A program made the position numbers and the translations under genes. A stretch of DNA of 64,000 nt from Felis catus (Eukaryota): assembly GCF_018350175.1 (NCBI RefSeq), contig NC_058373.1, positions 101,930,001 through 101,994,000 of the forward strand, in the 5' to 3' direction. Of this stretch, positions 25,712-38,711 are shown piece after piece. Each line of letters opens with the position of its first letter. The stretch's first letter is position 1. The notes below the pieces were generated by a model. The model was not told the origin of the DNA and ran no database searches. It saw only the letters and a list, made by a program, of their open reading frames with translations.

Positions 25712-26045
25712 GACATCATCGAAGGGGGCAACCTGCGCATCCCGCTCCAGGAGCTGCACCAGATGATCCTGACTCCCATCAAGGCCTACAGCTCCCCAAG
25801 CACCACCCCCGAGGCTTGCCGCCGGGAGCCCCAGGCCCCCCACCCACCCTCACTGATGGGCCCTGAGGGCCAGACCCCTGACTGCAAAGACAGTGCCGCA
25901 GCCACTGGTGCCACAGCTACCGCCTCCGCTGGGGCCAGCGGTGGGCTCCAGCCACACCAGCTGAGTAGCTGTGATGGGGAGCTGGCCGTCGCCCCCCTGC
26001 CGGAGGGGGATCTCCCTGGGCAGTTCACACGTGTCATGGGGAAAG
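25712..26045 (+). CDS. SAMD4A: SAMD4A coding exon (exon 7), 334 nt
   Basis: atccag|GAC; encodes DIIEGGNLRIPLQELHQMILTPIKAY...GDLPGQFTRVMGK; donor AAAG|gtagag. Confidence 0.96.
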
Positions 26046-26671
26046 GTAGAGCCTGATTCTCCCACCTCCGCCATTGTTCTCTCAACACCACTAATCAGAG
26101 CTCCTGGTTCCTGAGGAGCTTCCCCAAGGTGCTAGATAAACCTGTCAGGGTAGATGCCATTAGCCCATTTACAGATGAGGAGAGTGAGGCTCAAAGGTTG
26201 TCATTTGGAACTGAACTCCAATCTCTCTGACCCCCAGAGGCCTCTTCCTTAACCCTGTCTCCTTTTCTCTTCCACTCCCTCAAAGCTGGGCCCTCCTAGC
26301 AGAGTGAGTGCTCATTGGGCCTCTGGGCCTGCGGGCGGAAGGAAGTCAGCCCTTCCCTTACTTAATACAGACTACTCTTTGAAGGCACCATAGCCATGCT
26401 GTGTACCTGTCTGGAGGGCAGACCGAATTCTCATGTGATTCTTTGGGTAGGAGCACTCTTTCTACCTCCCCCATGCGTGGCACAGTGACTACGTGATTAT
26501 CTTTGAAAGGTCCAGTGCTAGAATAATTTGCGCTTACACGGGGTGTCCCACACCCCGTGTAATCACAAGAAAGTGTGATTATTTTAAAAACGCAATGAAT
26601 GCCAGTACTTTTCCTTTGGGAAGAAGAAACAATTTTTTCTTCTTTATTGTCCAATATTTCAGATCATTTTA

Positions 26672-26896
26672 TTTTATTTTTTTAATTTTTTTTAACATTT
26701 ATTTATTTTTGAGACAGAGAGAGGCAGAGCATGAACAGGGGAGGGTCAGAGAAAGAGGGAGACACAGAATCTGAAACAGGCTCCAGGCTCTGAGCTGTCA
26801 GCACAGAGCCCAACGCGGGGCTCGAACCCACGGACCGTGAGATCATGACCTGAGCCGAAGTCGGACGCTTAACCGACTGAGCCACCCAGGCGCCCC
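26672..26896 (-). mobile_element. Young Can-SINE (SINEC_Fc-like)
   Basis: Full-length; TSD CAGATCATTTTA at 26660-26671 and 26897-26908. Confidence 0.93.
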
Positions 26897-27329
26897 CAGA
26901 TCATTTTAAAGAAACCAAGTTTTTACCAAAAGAAATGGACACCTGAGTCTTAGAGGTGCAGTGAGAAACTTCCCATGTGCCCACATCCTAAAAAAAAAAA
27001 AAAAAAGACTTACCTCCATAGGAATCTGGTTCAGAGGAGACTTGTATCATCCCTTTGAGCTGAGATGACCAGGGTGGGTCCCTGGTCTCCTCCCACTCAC
27101 CTCCTAGCTCTCTCTACCTCCCAACTTCCCACCCCCAATGGGGGCTCTTCACAGTGTGGGATTAGAACAGATGACCCCCTGGGTAAAGATACATGTGGGA
27201 GTGGGTACCTGAGCGTAACCCCTGGTGGGCTCGGAGACCCGAACTTCTCTGGCGTGGCTACTTGTTACAGTTTAGCTACTTTCAAATAAATTATAAATCC
27301 ATGCTCAACATAAAAAATCAAAACTAAAC

Positions 27330-27720
27330 AAAATGATGGAAAGTGAAAAATAACCTGTCCCCCAAGCCCTGCCATCTTCCTCTGCAGAGGTGACTGCTAT
27401 AAACAGGTTTAGAATATCCCTTCAGGAACTTTGTACTAATCGTATGCAAGCACATAAGAATCCTTTTCACACACAAACAGGTGTTGTTTATACATTTTTC
27501 TGCAGCTAGTTTTTCCTACATGATATACTTTTAATATTTCTATCCATACGATATCACCACCCTATTCTTTTTTAAACGTTGCATACTGTTCCGCTGTATG
27601 CAAAAAGTATAATTTAACAGGACCCCAGTTAATGGACACTGAGGTGGTTTTCAAGTTTTTGTTATTACAAACAATGCTGTACTGAAAATCTATGTGCAAA
27701 GACATGATATAAGTGGGATT
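27330..27720 (-). mobile_element. Old L1 (L1ME-like) fragment
   Basis: ttgcatactgttcc...aatggacactgaggtggttttcaagtttttgttattacaaacaatgctg. Confidence 0.6.
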
Positions 27721-28559
27721 CTGTGACACACTGGTTATTCAGGATTAGGAAGAGAAAGGAATCATTAGGCCCAGGTTTCAAGCTTGGTCTACTTGAGTGC
27801 AAGGCATTTTCACTTCTGACATCTTTTGTCCAACCACCTCTACCGCAGCCTTCTAAACACCCCCATCAAAATCAGAGCATCACCGCCTCTAGGATGAGAT
27901 TAGAATGGGCTATGATATCGGGGTCATGAGAATCCCAGTGGGGGTGTGCACTCTCCTTGCTGACTGACTCTGCTCGGTCTTATTGCTTCAGTTTCTTGAG
28001 TGTGTAGGTGAACTTGTGTGTGTATAAAGGTGTGTTACCACTTTGAGAAAATAACCCTCCAATGAAGGAGTAGCGGGCTCCTGCCCATGTGTGTGCCCAC
28101 ACACCTCATGTCCTAAAAGATGTGCCAGACTTATTCCTCCAAATGAGGTGCACAGTTCATTCATCAAATTATGAAGACTGCTTTCTGAGAACGTTGATGG
28201 TCTTTGATGCCTTTGAACTCTCTTCTCCAAAGGAGCCTCTTTCAAAGATAGAGCTCAGGACACGGCTGAATTCTTCTCCCAGAGTGTCTCAGGCTGGATT
28301 GCAGAAGGCTTAATATAGAATGGTATGCCTGGAATTAAGCGAAGGGGCTTCTCAAAGCGAGGGCTCCTGTGGTGACCAAGCCTTTGACTTCAGTGGAATG
28401 AGGAGCCTCCTGGCCTTTTTTGTGAACCTTACGTAAAGCCACAGGCACACATACCTCTCAAAATATTGGTCCTGAAAGGAAATCAGAGACAGATCTCCGA
28501 GGTTAGAATGGGTTTGCATGTTTCTAATTCATCTTTTCTATTTTTTTTTTAATTCACAG

Positions 28560-28645
28560 TGTGCACACAGCTCTTGGTCTCCAGACCTGATGAGGAAAAT
28601 ATAAGTTCCTATTTACAGCTCATAGACAAGTGTCTAATTCATGAG
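28560..28645 (+). CDS. SAMD4A: SAMD4A coding exon (exon 8), 86 nt
   Basis: ttcacag|TG; encodes (V)[28 protein letters not shown]; donor GAG|gtgagt. Confidence 0.96.
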
Positions 28646-31600
28646 GTGAGTAGTAATGGATTTCACAAAACTGTTTTTCTCATTGCTTAGAAATGGTTCT
28701 CAGAGTTTCTGTGATGTGATCACTTGGGTCTCCCAACAACTTGTTTTTGAAGGGTAGGCAGGCATTAATCATAGCCTGGGCAGAACCCAGCTATGGTGGC
28801 TTCAAACCTAAGCACAGCCTGTATGTGACTTTGGTGTCGAGATTCATCTAGACTGAGCTCTGATGTAAGGGTGAATGCTTTAGAGAAACTTCTGGCTCTG
28901 GAAGAATCCCTGAGTGACCGAGCCTGAGGTGGTTAACACTCAACCCTGCCACCTAGTTTTGGCGTTTTCAAGTCCTTTTAAAATTTTGTGTTGAAACATT
29001 TTGTCTTTTGGCTCAGGGAAAGTTGAGGGAGGGTGAGAGAGTGTGCAAAAAAAAAAAAAATCATGTGTTTGTGTGTGGTCTGATTTGTGATTTTTATAGG
29101 AATTGTGTTGAGCCACATGTCCTTTTGAAGGAGGACTGAGGCCGGCTGGAGGTGTTCCCATTAGACTCAGTGCAAGTGCAATCTTCCTGATGGAGCAGAC
29201 CGGGTCCTGGACACTGCTGGGCGGGAGCAGCCGCCTGCCCTGGCAGCTGCCCTGAGGCCCATGTGGGGACAGGGGATTGTGTCTCGGACCCAAGACTCCA
29301 GTAGCTTCTTGGGAGCACCCCCTCAAAGAGTCATAGACACAAGAGTCACAGTGTAGGCTTTGGAAAAACTTAGCACTGAGGTCTTTCTTTGGGACTTTCA
29401 CGTTAGAATAAGATGGCAAAGGCCCCCAAGTCTCCTCACCTTTGCCAGGTTAGCAGCCAGAGCCCCAGAAGTGCAGTGGGCCCCAGTGAAGGGAGACACC
29501 CGGCACAGAGGTCTGTCCCCCTTACCCACTGCCCCACTCACACTGCCCTTATCCTGCCAGCTGCCACACAGGCCCATCTGTCCAAGGCCAGTTCCCTGGG
29601 CCCCCACCCTTCTGCAGTCTGACTCCCCCCCCCCCCCCCGCCGTCACGTGCAGGTTATGGTCTCCTTCTGGGTTTCCTTCCCAGCCACTGACCCCCAGTG
29701 TCCCCTAAACTCTCCTTTTTGCTATTTCCTCTCTCAGCAGAGCAAATTCTTGTGTCCCTCTCCACAGTCCCCAACTGACTCTTTGCTATGTGCAATCCTG
29801 ACACCCTACTTGTTTTGGCCAGCAAAAAGCAACAGGAAGAAAAGAAGGCAAGAACCTGTTGAAGAATTTTACAACTCATTCACTCCACAGATCTTTATTA
29901 AGCACCCAGACCCCATCCCTGACTATGTAGCTTATGGTATGAGGGTAGCAGGGGAGACAAAAGGAAACCAGGTCGTCACATACATGAGGATAAGGCTCTC
30001 CTGGCATCCTATGGAGCCCAGATGAGGAGCGGGGCCACCAAATCCAGAACCGGAAATGGCTTTTCCTCAGAGGAACTGTCCCCAAGCTAGGTCTGAAAGG
30101 CAAGCTGGGGTCTTGGTGGTAAAGACTCACCTAAGTAGGTGGGAGCGCTCCAGGCAGAAAGAACAGCATTTGGAGAGCTCTGTGTCTTACTGGGGGGGGG
30201 GGGGGGGGGGGGGCGGAGAGTATGTTTGGAGTGGGTTTGGGGGGCACTGATAAGGGGAGGATTTAAATTTATATAAAGGAACTAGAACCTTGCATCGTCT
30301 GCCATGCCCACACTCACACCAAACCTTCAGGATACTTGTAACCAAGTTACAAGTTACTTTCCATCTTGCCTCAAGTCTGCTGAGCCCGCAAGACAAAATA
30401 ATGAGCCCTCCAGCTGCCTCCGTTGGACAGTGCACAAGCTTCCTAATTGGTCTCCCCAGCCCCAAAGCTGTGGCCTGATGCTTCTCACTTTCCTGCCACT
30501 GTGCATGCCCTCCTTGCGCAGCCTGGCTCTCTTTTCCATTTCCTTAGAATATTTAGAAAATGCCTAGTTTTTTTTCTCCCTGCCTGCCCAAGTGATTAAA
30601 TGCAAAGATGGCACCATGTGGACTCATCTGCTGGCAAGAGGCCTCGACTGCAGTAGAGGGACCTGTGGCTGGTGGGAGTCACAGGCAGAAAGGGGCTTAT
30701 GCTATGTCTGCTCGCCTGAATTCATGTCCGGATGGAGAGGACTGTACTCTGCTTTGGAAGGGAAAATGCTGTGCAAGACCTTTTATTATTATTTTAGTTC
30801 AAGAAAGAGGAAACGTGTCTGAATAATTTTCCACAGGCTTGGGTTATTCTGTTGGGCAGAACACCTCCTCCCTGTGAGGCCCTGTCGAAGCACGCAGTCT
30901 CCATCCTGGCTGAGGTTTATACCTGGGCTCCACGAAACAGGACTCCCTTTCACAGCCCGAATGTGCTATTCCTTACCTGACTGGACAGGATGTTGACCGA
31001 ACCTAGACACTTTCCTTCCTCCCAGGGACAAAGGGACCAACTCCCTAGAGTAACAGAAGGGAGGACAGGAAAGTTCTGAATTTCATTTCTGAGACTACTT
31101 TGCTGCATTATAATCCCTGGCTTCTTGCCTCCTCACCATCTCCAGGAGGTTCTGCAGAGAGGAGTTCTTGCCCCTTTTATGAGCCTTTTTTTAATCCCGC
31201 CACAAAAGCTGTGGGGCACACCCTAGCCATCTTCTTCCATACAGACTCATTGGTTTGGCCCTGATCGTGACACAGGACTCGGAAGTGGCTGACTGGCTAT
31301 GTCAATCTGTACTATGGAGGTTCCTTCCCCTCCAGTCCCTGAGGAAGCTGCTACCAGCCCAACCCAGAGCTGCCAGTGGAATGGCTGAGGTCATGTGTCA
31401 GCCATCCCAGTTGACAGTGGAGCTCCCACGATGGAGTGCTACTTTGCAGACACACACACACACAGAGACCAGCTTCTGGAAATCGCTCATTGCCAGCCAT
31501 GACCCAGCTCCTCTCTGTGCCTCCCAGCTGCAGCCTCCAGGACTGAGAAGTGGCCACCACACTCACTCAGCAAGGCTAAGGGGCTTGATTCTATCTGCAA

Positions 31601-31959
31601 CCCAGAACTAAATGAGCCTGGTGCCCAGTGTTGAATGAATGAGCTGACTTCTCTGGGGCCGGGGGGTGGGATATAAACATTTCCACCTTCTTGGAAATGT
31701 CCTTGGAAGCACTTTGAATGCATGTCTATAAAGTAAGCCATTTCCTCCTTTGTCACTTGGAAACTCAGGCCAGCTGTCCTTCAGGCTGGCCCTAGACCAG
31801 CTCGGTATTACAGTTTTGACAACTTGAAATCATTTGTTGGGGGCTAAAGGTGATTGCTAAATACCACATGTGACAAACATTCATACACCACCACCAAAGG
31901 GCTGGTTTGCACAACAAAAAAAAACCCTGGCTAGAGTATCTATGAGCAGCAGTTATTGA

Positions 31960-32130
31960 ACCATTACTAACAGTCAGGTATGTTCTAAGAATTCTAATTA
32001 CATTTCATGTGTTGTCTCATTTAATCCTTACATCTTTTTGAGGGAGATATTATTATCCATGGTTTTTAGAAGGAACCGAGTCTCAGGTAAAGGAACTCGC
32101 ATAAGGGTATGCAGGGATTCAAACCCTGTC
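31960..32130 (-). mobile_element. MIR relic
   Basis: tctcatttaatcctta...attattatcc...gggattcaaaccc. Confidence 0.6.
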
Positions 32131-33351
32131 CGTATCCATCCAGAACCTTCCTCCAACCAACTGGGCTGGACTCTCCTCCCCAAGTCATCTTGATCAGTGC
32201 ACCTGCATCCTGTGTTCTCAAACTTTGGCAGAATAAGCCAGTCAAAAGGAGAATCTATCCATCCCTTTATGAGTCTAGCAGCGATGCTTGCCTTTCAAGT
32301 TTTCAGACATTCATGTATAGGTGGACACTCACCAAGCATTACCAACAAATGAGAAGGGACCACAGAGTAGAACCATGCCCTTACCTTGTAACCATGAGAC
32401 CATCCTACCATGTACCTTAAGCAGTGTCTGCACCTCTTTAATGAGGCATGGAATCTCTGGGTTGGGTAGACCTCCTTTAGTGGATATCCTTAAATGTGTC
32501 TGGCTAAGGTCATCCAGCAGGAAGGGGTTTGCAAGTCAATAATTTTTTCGCAATATAACTAACATCTTTTTGCTTTTTTGTTCACATAGCTCCCCTGTGT
32601 TTAGGTCCTTAAAGATTAAATGTCATCTGGAGAAAATTAAGCTGTCATTTTTTTTTCTCTGTTTAAGGAATCAGTTTCCTTTATGGAAAGTAGTCATATA
32701 GTGTGTTACTCTAAGTAATAGTTTATTGCTACTTAAAGGATTTTCTGTCTTATTGACAAAAGTACATGGGTATGTTATCTCCATCATTGTTACTGCTAAT
32801 CAATCAAAGCTGATGGGTCTCCCACAGGGTGTGGGCCACCGTTCTAGTCTCCCACCAGGGGATTTCTATATTGCACATAGGGTCCTCAAACCATCTAGAA
32901 TGCCAAATGTCCGTGTTCCATCTGCAGCAGAATTACCAGGGCACTTGTTGCAAACATCACCTGGACTCCTCTCCAGATCTCTTATATCAGGCTCTAGGTA
33001 TGTGGGAAGGGGTCTAGGTCTTCTTGAGGGATTCTAATATAACACAGATTTGAGTGTCTCTGCCTTGGGGACTCATAACCCCTATAAAGTCTTTCCCTGG
33101 ACTTCAGCATACACAAAAGAAGGCATAATACAGATGTCAGTGTGTTATGAAGCAGGCAAAACACCCCCTCAATGCCAATTTTACTAAAAAGGATTTGAGA
33201 AGGCATCAGATCTACCGATTTTCCTAAACTTTAGGCAAAATTTAGGTCAGGATTGGTGCACTGGGGTTTTTGTAGGGCACAGGATCCTTTAACTGGAGAT
33301 TTCTCAGCAAAGCCCCATGCCCTGTAAAACCCCCAGTGCACCTATCCTGAT

Positions 33352-33381
33352 GTATAGTATAGTATAGTATAGTATAGTATA
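33352..33381. repeat. (GTATA)n pentanucleotide repeat
   Basis: Directly visible, about six copies. Confidence 0.9.
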
Positions 33382-33867
33382 ACATAGCAGAGACTATTCT
33401 TCCATTTTCTGAAACCCTGAAGACCACTCCAGGGTGACCACACACCATCAAGCAGATTGATTTTTGAAGTGGTTTAGCATTTCCATTGATTATGAACACA
33501 TAGGGGGCCTGCAAAAGCCAGAGTATTCAACAGTCCATTTTGCAATTCATTCTTGGTTAATCTGTAGAGTCCAGAGTAGAGTCAGGAGGAAGGGGAAAGT
33601 GAGTATGGATCTGCCAGAAATGCAACCAAAAACAAGGGTTGTCAAAAGCTTAATGCATGTACTTTACCAGGCACCTCCAATGACAAATAACTTGAATTGT
33701 TGGTACAGGTGGCTCCCAAGTGAAACTGACTGCCATTTGGATCAAGTAGGGAGCAGGTGAAGAAAAGGCAACTGCCAGAGACTCCAATGTTCCCCCTATT
33801 AATTGCATGTTTCTCCCTCTAATGCCAGGCTGCGCCACCCATTAAAAAGTCCTGTTTGTTTTTGCAG

Positions 33868-33986
33868 GCATTTACAGAGACTCAGAAAAAAAGATTGTTG
33901 TCATGGAAACAGCAGGTGCAGAAGCTCTTTCGTTCTTTCCCTCGGAAAACCCTTCTAGACATATCAGGATATCGACAGCAAAGAAA
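33868..33986 (+). CDS. SAMD4A: SAMD4A coding exon (exon 9), 119 nt
   Basis: tttgcag|GCA; encodes [39 protein letters not shown]; donor AA|gtatgt. Confidence 0.96.
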
Positions 33987-34949
33987 GTATGTTGGGATTT
34001 TGTTCTTCTTAATGCACGGTGTTTCACTGCCTGCCTGGGTTCCTGGGCAGGACTATGGCAGGCATCATCATTCCTTGTCCACAAGGATGCCCTGTGGGGA
34101 ATTGGAGATCCCTTAAACAGACGGGGTTGGGAAAAGGCTATGGAGAGAAAGCATGCCCAGAAAAAGAACTGAACATGATCTTTTGTAACTCAGTTTACAT
34201 GATCAAAATGACGGTATTAGTCCAGAGGGGACGGGTATGATTTAATGAATGCCCACAAAACAACTGGTGGTTGATCCACAAGAGGGGGCCCTGAAAGGAC
34301 AAAAATGGGTTCTATTAGCACCTTACAAGGTAGTGTCATTTTTTCTTCCTTCTAGCTGCAGACTAGCTAATTATAGTTGGTGGCAGGGTGAAGAGCCCAG
34401 TGCTGGTCTATTTTGGTCTGAGCTGCAATCTAAGAGTGGAGCAGTACCACTCTTGATTTTTCATAGTACTTCAGCTTCTTGGATGCAGTTAAAAATAAGC
34501 CTCGTTGTACTTTAGAACCCATTACCTTAATCTGGTTTTAAATTAAAGAATCCAACTGCATATTAAAGGTGAATTACAGTGACAATCCAGGGGAAGAATC
34601 AAGGGGGGTGTGGGGTAAAGCCTTCAACAATGACAGGGAGTTGGGGGGAGACAAAAGACTGATGTACAAACATCCTGAAAAATCAACTTTCTGTTGTACA
34701 TTTTTAAACATGAGCAGATAATTTTTTCACTTGTACCTAAAGAGTTCTGAATTCATTTCTTCGTGTATATAGAGAAGCTCTGTGTTGTTAAAAAAAAATT
34801 GGCATTTATTTGCATAAGTGTGCCTTAAAACATCACTATTTCACATTATTTAAGGGAGATAAGGATAGTTGGAATTTATGAAAACCTTTCATTAAAGATT
34901 AATGTAAACACTGAAGTGTTACCGTAATCTAGCATATATAACACCGTTA

Positions 34950-35155
34950 TTTATTAGACAAACATTTAGTACTATGTGCCAAGTGGTATCCAAGCATTTT
35001 AGGAATATTAATACATATAATCCTTGCAACAACCATATGAGGTAGAGTTGCTATTATTAACTTCAATTTACAGAGGCGTCTGTAGGCAGTGGCATCCAGG
35101 ATTTGGACCAGGCAAGCCAGCACCAGCTGCAGAGTCAGTGCTCTTAACCATTGTA
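34950..35155 (-). mobile_element. MIR relic
   Basis: tactatgtgccaag...aatccttgcaacaaccatatgaggtag...ggatttggaccaggc...gtgctcttaacca. Confidence 0.65.
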
Positions 35156-36023
35156 CATGCCACATGCCAAGCAGCTCTCACAGACTCCAGCTGATGTGTA
35201 GAAAAAACAATCAGGAAGAGCAGCCCTCTTTGTGGCAGCTCCCTGTCTCCAAGCTCTCTGGGGTTGCCCTTCCTGGTGGGATGGACTGGACCACCTGTGC
35301 ACCCTGAGGATTGTCAGGGGCCCAGGTAAAAGGCAAGGCCTGCTCACAGGCCTCCCATCTCAGGGACTACCCCCTTCCCAGGCTCGCTCTCCTTATAAGG
35401 GCAACAGTGCATCTCTCTCAAGCGAGAGGATGAGGTTCCAGACCCTCCTGTCAACACCAAGCCCTCAGGAAACAAGTTCCAAGGAGAAGAAGGACTTTAG
35501 AGGATAAAGATAAAGATAGAGATTTTAAGCTCTTTGCTTCTCTCAAGACTGTCATCCCCTGCCTCTGTCTGCTCTGCTTTGTCCTTGGTCCATATGAGAG
35601 TTCCCATTAAACCTGACCTCTCCAGAGTGTTATTAACTAACGTTTGTCTTGGGCTACCCAAGGTTTGCCATATTGGAATCTTGATGGACCTGTTTTTATT
35701 GATAAGAATAAATTCAGTCATCAATTGTGGATGTTTAATTGGAAGTTGCTAAGGCTCTAGAAAATAATTTGTTCTCATTTATATTACCCCTTTTTATGCT
35801 ATTAATGAGATCTTTTTATCCTATTAATTTGCTTTGAAGACCTGTTCCTCCCATAGTACAAAGGTAACTGCAGCCCAGCCCCTGCATGAATTATCACAAA
35901 TCCCCAATTAGTTTGTTCTTATTAATGTTATTTTCTCAGTCTTTTCACGCATTTCAATGTAATGAAATCAGATGGTCAGATTTAGGAAAGCAGAGGTGGG
36001 CAGAGTAAAAGAATAAGGAATGA

Positions 36024-36241
36024 GGGGTGCCTGGGTGGCTCAGTCGGTTAAAGCATCCGACTTCAGCTCAGGTCATGATTTCACGGTCCATGAGTTCAAG
36101 CCCTGTGTTGGGCTCTGTGCTGACAACTCAGAGCCTAGAGCCTGCTTCAGATTCTGTGTCTCCCTCTCTCTGCTCCTCCCCTGCTCACACACTCTCTCTC
36201 TCAAAAATAAGTAAAAATTTTAAAAAATATGTAAAAAAAAA
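36024..36241 (+). mobile_element. Can-SINE (SINEC_Fc-like)
   Basis: GGGGTGCCTGGGTGGCTCAGTCGGTTAA head; TSD ATAAGGAATGA at 36013-36023 and 36248-36258. Confidence 0.92.
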
Positions 36242-38509
36242 AAAAGGATAAGGAATGAAAACTTACTTGTGTCACTTGGTTCTCTCCCCAGAGAGAATGA
36301 TTATGTCATTAAGCCTAGTGGTCTTAAGTAACCTAAGCACTGACTCTGGTTGCCAGAAGTGGCAACCCTCAACAACCCTGGCTTTGTAATAACCAAGTAA
36401 GTATGTCACAGTAGGGCCCCACAGACATTAGAAAGGTAGCCTATCCAAATTCTGCCCCCTCATCTATCCTGACCCCAAAATGTTCTGGGCTCTACCTGCT
36501 GCATACAGCCCAACTCATGCATCCTAACTTTAGGAGTCCTTAGAGCCCTCCTGTCTTCAGTGACCAAGTGTCCCATAGCAGAATCCTCTGCCCACATTGC
36601 TCAAGAATATAGTCTTGCCCTTCCTGGAAGCACAAATCATTTTAGCATCACTCACTGACTACTGTATTTTGCATATGAAATAGCTTTTTAAAAATCCAAC
36701 CGAAAAGGAAAATGAGCAAAAAAGCTATCTGCACTAAATAAGGAGAAGTCTTAGAATACTGAATCATCTACCAGGTGGCCAATATTCCAACTCTAAAAAC
36801 CAAAGGACTAGTCTTCATAGTTAAAAAAAAAAAAAAAACCACTTGATCCTTGTTTCCACTTGTCATGGATCTCAGACTGTCCTTCTCAAAAGAGGTCTCC
36901 TAGATCACGTGAAATTACTTTTATCCCCTCCTGGCCCAAATTTCTTCTTTCAAACCAAAAAAGTTTGATGCTAGTAAAAAGAAGGAGGTGGGAAAAGATG
37001 AGCTAGATACGTAGAACCCATGAGTGTCCTTCTTACCACACATAGATGAGCCCCTGACAGAAATCAGGAATCCTTTCCTTGGCCACAAAAACCTGGAAGT
37101 GGAAAGACACAAGTCCAGAAACCAGTTGCAGCCAGCTCACCCATGGAATTCTCTTCCACACCCCCTTGCCCCCTTGGAAATTTAGGCATTCTGGGAAGAA
37201 GAGAAAACATTCTCTGAGATTAACAGTGCTGATGGCTTAGATGCCCCTCTCCACCCCCCACAACCCTTTCTCAGGAAATGACTGTTTTACAGCACCCCTG
37301 CCCCCAATCATCTTCAACTGGTTAAACTACGTCAGCCCTGTCTCCTGGAGTCTCCTCACAGGTTTGGTACAGACCTCCCCTGTGTGGCTGGGAAAGCAAG
37401 TCTGTTCCATCTTGTGGCTGTTGGAGGTAAAGCACTGTGAGTTAAACACCAGTGAATGACTAAAGCTGACTCTTCTTGGAAGGAATGTGCTGGTTCCTGA
37501 AACCCTACTGGCTGCTGTGTACCCTCCCAGAACCTGAGGCATTGTTGGAGAGGATGAGTTCTTGGGCGCTGAGGTCACTGGAGCAATGGGAGTACAGCAT
37601 CCGAGTGAAATGCCAGGGGTCCCTGGCAGCCTACGTAGGTCCATGTGGGAAAGCACGCAACCTCCCCCCGATCTTTCTGCAGGAAGGGTCTGTGGAGTGG
37701 GGAGCTGTCAGCATCCTAGGTCTGGAGCACTTGCAAACATCATCATCTCTGTTCCCCTTCCCTACTCTCAACCTGGGAGTCAGAGCCCCAGATGTGGGGT
37801 CAGCTTTTCCACAGGGAGAAGAAGCATCATGATGACAGAGATTCATTCGTTCATTCAACGTGCACTTGCTGTACCAGGAGCTGACTCAGGCATGGGACAT
37901 GCAGGACTGATGAGGACAGACACCATGTTCTCTCTCTTGGAGCTTACATCTTAGTGGGGCTCACTGGCTACTCCCTCCAAGTGTGCCATACAGACAGACG
38001 TCAGAAAGACTGTGGTGTGACGGAAGGAGCACTGATCCTGGCTCGGCTGCTTTTGTGCTGTGTGGCTTCTTGATGGGCACGTGAGTGCTCAGGGCCCTGG
38101 AATCCAGCACGGAAGAAAGCTGAAGAGCACCCTGGTTAACTTCCTAGGCACATATTGCAGCGCCGTCGCCTGCTGTCTGTGTGACCTCTGCAAAATTGTT
38201 AAGCTTCCTGTTTTATTTCTCCAGCTGTAACAGAGGATAGAGCACCTCCTTCGTAGGGTTGTCGTGAGAACTGAAGAATTAACGTGATAGTCCCAGGATG
38301 GTGCACATGATAGTCACTCTCGGATGTCTCTTAGCTGTCACTTTAATCATAGCCCTTTCCTGGCACAGAACCACCCCCTGCCCCTAGATAGACCTCACAA
38401 CTGTCAAAATGTAGGCAGGTTCCAAGGAGGCATCCCACTGGCAACCTGGGTTTGGGAAGGGCTAAGGGTGACTGACAGTCTCCCCATTCTTCTCTGTTCC
38501 CTCTCACAG

Positions 38510-38711
38510 TCGCGGCTTTGGGCAGTCCAACTCCCTCCCGACACCCAGCTCTGTAGGCGGTGGTATGGGCAGACGGAACCCACGCCAGTACCAGATCCCC
38601 TCCCGGAACGTCCCTTCTGCCCGCCTTGGCCTCTTGGGTACCAGTGGATTTGTCAGCTCTACCCAGCGCAACACCACAGCCAACCCCGCCATCATGAAAC
38701 AAGGAAGACAG
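38510..38711 (+). CDS. SAMD4A: SAMD4A coding exon (exon 10), 202 nt
   Basis: ctcacag|T; encodes (N)[43 protein letters not shown]...IMKQGRQ; donor CAG|gtttgt. Confidence 0.95.

Noticed and set aside
26703..26885. Recurring peptide MAQSVKRPTSAQVMISR... (also near 6295, 19791, 36027 and 63648)
   Set aside because: Translation of Can-SINE consensus, not a gene family.
29360..30025. Longest ORF-track entry (221 aa)
   Set aside because: Non-ATG start, spans a poly-C run and an L2 fragment, no recognisable domain; intronic chance ORF.
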